This document shows, piece by piece, positions 62,362 through 64,000 of a stretch of DNA of 64,000 nt. Both the position numbers and the translations under genes were made by a program. Below the pieces are notes generated by a model. That model was not told the DNA's origin, searched no databases, and saw only the letters and a list, made by a program, of their open reading frames with translations. Source of the stretch: Gemmatimonas sp. (GTDB taxonomy: Bacteria; Gemmatimonadota; Gemmatimonadetes; Gemmatimonadales; Gemmatimonadaceae); assembly GCA_965279375.1 (NCBI GenBank), contig OZ257156.1, forward strand, positions 128,001 through 192,000, given 5' to 3'. Position 1 is the stretch's first letter; each line of letters begins with the position of its first letter.

Positions 62362-62864
62362 CCGATGTCGTTGCTGATGGCGTATCTGGTGGCGTGAGCG
62401 AGCAAGGCGGCAGCGCTTCTGCCGCGATGCTCTCGGCGATGTACCAGGAAACGCTGCTCGCGCATCATCGCGCGCCGCACAACCGGCGCCCGATGCCTGA
62501 CGCGACGCATCGCGGCTCGCGGAAGAACCCGTTGTGTGGCGATGCGCTCGATCTCTTCGTGCAGCTCGCGGACGGGCACGTGCTCGATGTGTCGTTCGAG
62601 GGACGCGGCTGTTCGATCGCGGTGGCCTCGGCGTCTATGCTGACGGAGGTGGTGCGTGGCCTGTCGCGCGCCGAGTCGCTGGCTTTGGTCGAGCGCGTGG
62701 AGGGAATGCTGCAGGGCGCGCGGAGCACGAGCGACGTTACGGACGGCGGGGCGCTGCCAGCCGCATTGGACGCGCTGCGTGGTGTGGCCCCCTTCCCCGG
62801 ACGCCACGGCTGTGCGAGCATGCCTTGGCTGGCGCTGCGCGACGCATTGCACGAGCGTCCGTAG
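62358..62864 (+). CDS. Second SufU-like protein
   Basis: YQETLLAH, NPLCGD, GCSIAVASAS, RHGCA; GTGA overlap with sufS. Confidence 0.85.
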   Translation: MTDVVADGVSGGVSEQGGSASAAMLSAMYQETLLAHHRAPHNRRPMPDATHRGSRKNPLCGDALDLFVQLADGHVLDVSFEGRGCSIAVASASMLTEVVRGLSRAESLALVERVEGMLQGARSTSDVTDGGALPAALDALRGVAPFPGRHGCASMPWLALRDALHERP

Positions 62865-62914
62865 CACACCGCGTCTTCGTAGCCGGTCTTCACCACCCGC
62901 CCTCTCTCGGACCC

Positions 62915-63208
62915 ATGTACGCCATCGCGATCCTTCGCTACCGCAAGCCGCTGGAAGAAGTGCAGAAGGCCCTCGACGAACACCGCACCTACCTGCGCGG
63001 CCTCAAGGCGGACGGGCTGCTGCTGGTGTCTGGCCCGCTCAATCCGTGGCACGGCGGCGCACTGCTGCTGCGCGTCCCCGACGATGACGCGACCGCCGCA
63101 CTGGACCGCATTCGCGACGGTGACCCGTACACGAAACTTGGACTCGTGCAGTACGAGCTGTTGCCGTGGGCGCCGGTGATCGGGCTCGACGCGCTGGACA
63201 AGCTCTGA
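62915..63208 (+). CDS. YciI-family protein
   Basis: HRTYL, SGP, GDPY. Confidence 0.85.
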   Translation: MYAIAILRYRKPLEEVQKALDEHRTYLRGLKADGLLLVSGPLNPWHGGALLLRVPDDDATAALDRIRDGDPYTKLGLVQYELLPWAPVIGLDALDKL

Positions 63209-63744
63209 GTCGTCTCGCACGCGTTCTTGCCACGCTGCAGCGTTGGGCTGATGCGGGGTGGTCCGGCAGCGTGGTGTTCGCGTGGGGGCTGCTGCAAGGG
63301 TGCGTCTTTCCGGGGTTCGTTGACCTGTTCTTCCTGCCGCTCGCGATCGCGCGCCCGGCCCGTGCCTATCGGCTCGCGTTGATTGCGACGCTGAGCACGG
63401 TGCTGGGCAGCGTACTGCTCTATGCGTTTGGCGACCGCGCGCTCGCGCTCTTGCAGGGCCCGCTCGCGAACATGCTCAGCGTGACCACGGAGCATCTCGC
63501 GTCCACGCGCGCCACGTTGGCGCGCTACGGGGCGTGGGCGATTCTTGCCAGCACCATCAGCCCGCTCAGCACCAAGCTGACGAGCATCGCGTCAGGTGCG
63601 ATCGGCGTGCCGTGGGCGGAATTCGTGGTGGCGTTGACTGCGGGGCGCGCCCTGCGTGCGTTCGGCCTGGCGTGGCTGGTGCGCCACGGCGGGGCACACG
63701 CGGTGGAACGGTGGATGAAACCCATCGACCGCGTGAAGCCGTAG
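63205..63744 (+). CDS. YqaA/DedA-like membrane protein
   Basis: FPGFVDLFFLPL, SVLLYAFG, SPLSTKL, GRALR; start uncertain (CTG 63205 or GTG 63166). Confidence 0.7.
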   Translation: MSRLARVLATLQRWADAGWSGSVVFAWGLLQGCVFPGFVDLFFLPLAIARPARAYRLALIATLSTVLGSVLLYAFGDRALALLQGPLANMLSVTTEHLASTRATLARYGAWAILASTISPLSTKLTSIASGAIGVPWAEFVVALTAGRALRAFGLAWLVRHGGAHAVERWMKPIDRVKP

Positions 63745-63765
63745 CCGCGTGTTCCGATAAACGTC

Positions 63766-64000
63766 CTACGTCGTACGTCCGTGCTTGAGCTGGATCAATC
63801 GCTCACCGGCCGCATGCAGCGTTTCGTCCTTCTTGGCGAAGTGAAAGCGAATGAGATTGTGAATCGGCTCGCGGAAGAAGCTCGAGCCCGCAACCCCGGC
63901 CACGCCGATCGTCTTGATCATCCACTCCGAGGCGTCGGCGTCGTTGGCGAAGCCGAGTGAGCCGATGTCGACCATGACGTAGTAGGCGCCCTGCGGTTCG
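63766..64000 (-). CDS. PLP-dependent aminotransferase class I/II (C-terminal part, partial)
   Basis: PQGAYYVMVD, GVAGVAGSSF, IRFHFAKKDETL. Confidence 0.8.
   Translation of the reverse strand, partial: EPQGAYYVMVDIGSLGFANDADASEWMIKTIGVAGVAGSSFFREPIHNLIRFHFAKKDETLHAAGERLIQLKHGRTT

Overview
High-GC bacterial chromosomal window. Gene content (two PEP-CTERM proteins, an ECF42/DGPF pair, a SufR-type SUF operon, many signal-peptide enzymes) suggests Gemmatimonadota (Gemmatimonas-like); this is inference only. I saw no rRNA, tRNA, CRISPR array, transposase or phage gene. From left to right the window holds: (i) a four-gene minus-strand operon of a PDS/ZDS/HpnE-like flavoprotein, a Met-rich unknown protein, a polyprenyl synthase and a 1232-aa tandem acetoacetate-decarboxylase-fold protein, possibly an uncharacterised isoprenoid pathway; (ii) an exported redox cluster with a PQQ dehydrogenase, HupE/UreJ-cytochrome c, an NHL/PAL-like protein, cytochrome c-RidA and a Tat amine oxidase; (iii) copA with a 31-aa upstream ORF missing from the ORF track and a CsoR-type promoter; (iv) a radical SAM/DUF547/TVP38/MerA-like/SelD-N-terminal-like cluster; (v) ECF42 and PEP-CTERM loci plus housekeeping genes; (vi) a bestrophin channel gene directly coupled to an LCIB/theta-carbonic-anhydrase-like gene, the two families that cooperate in the algal pyrenoid CO2-concentrating mechanism; (vii) a SUF operon. 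All product calls rest on motifs recognised by eye, and no database search was run.
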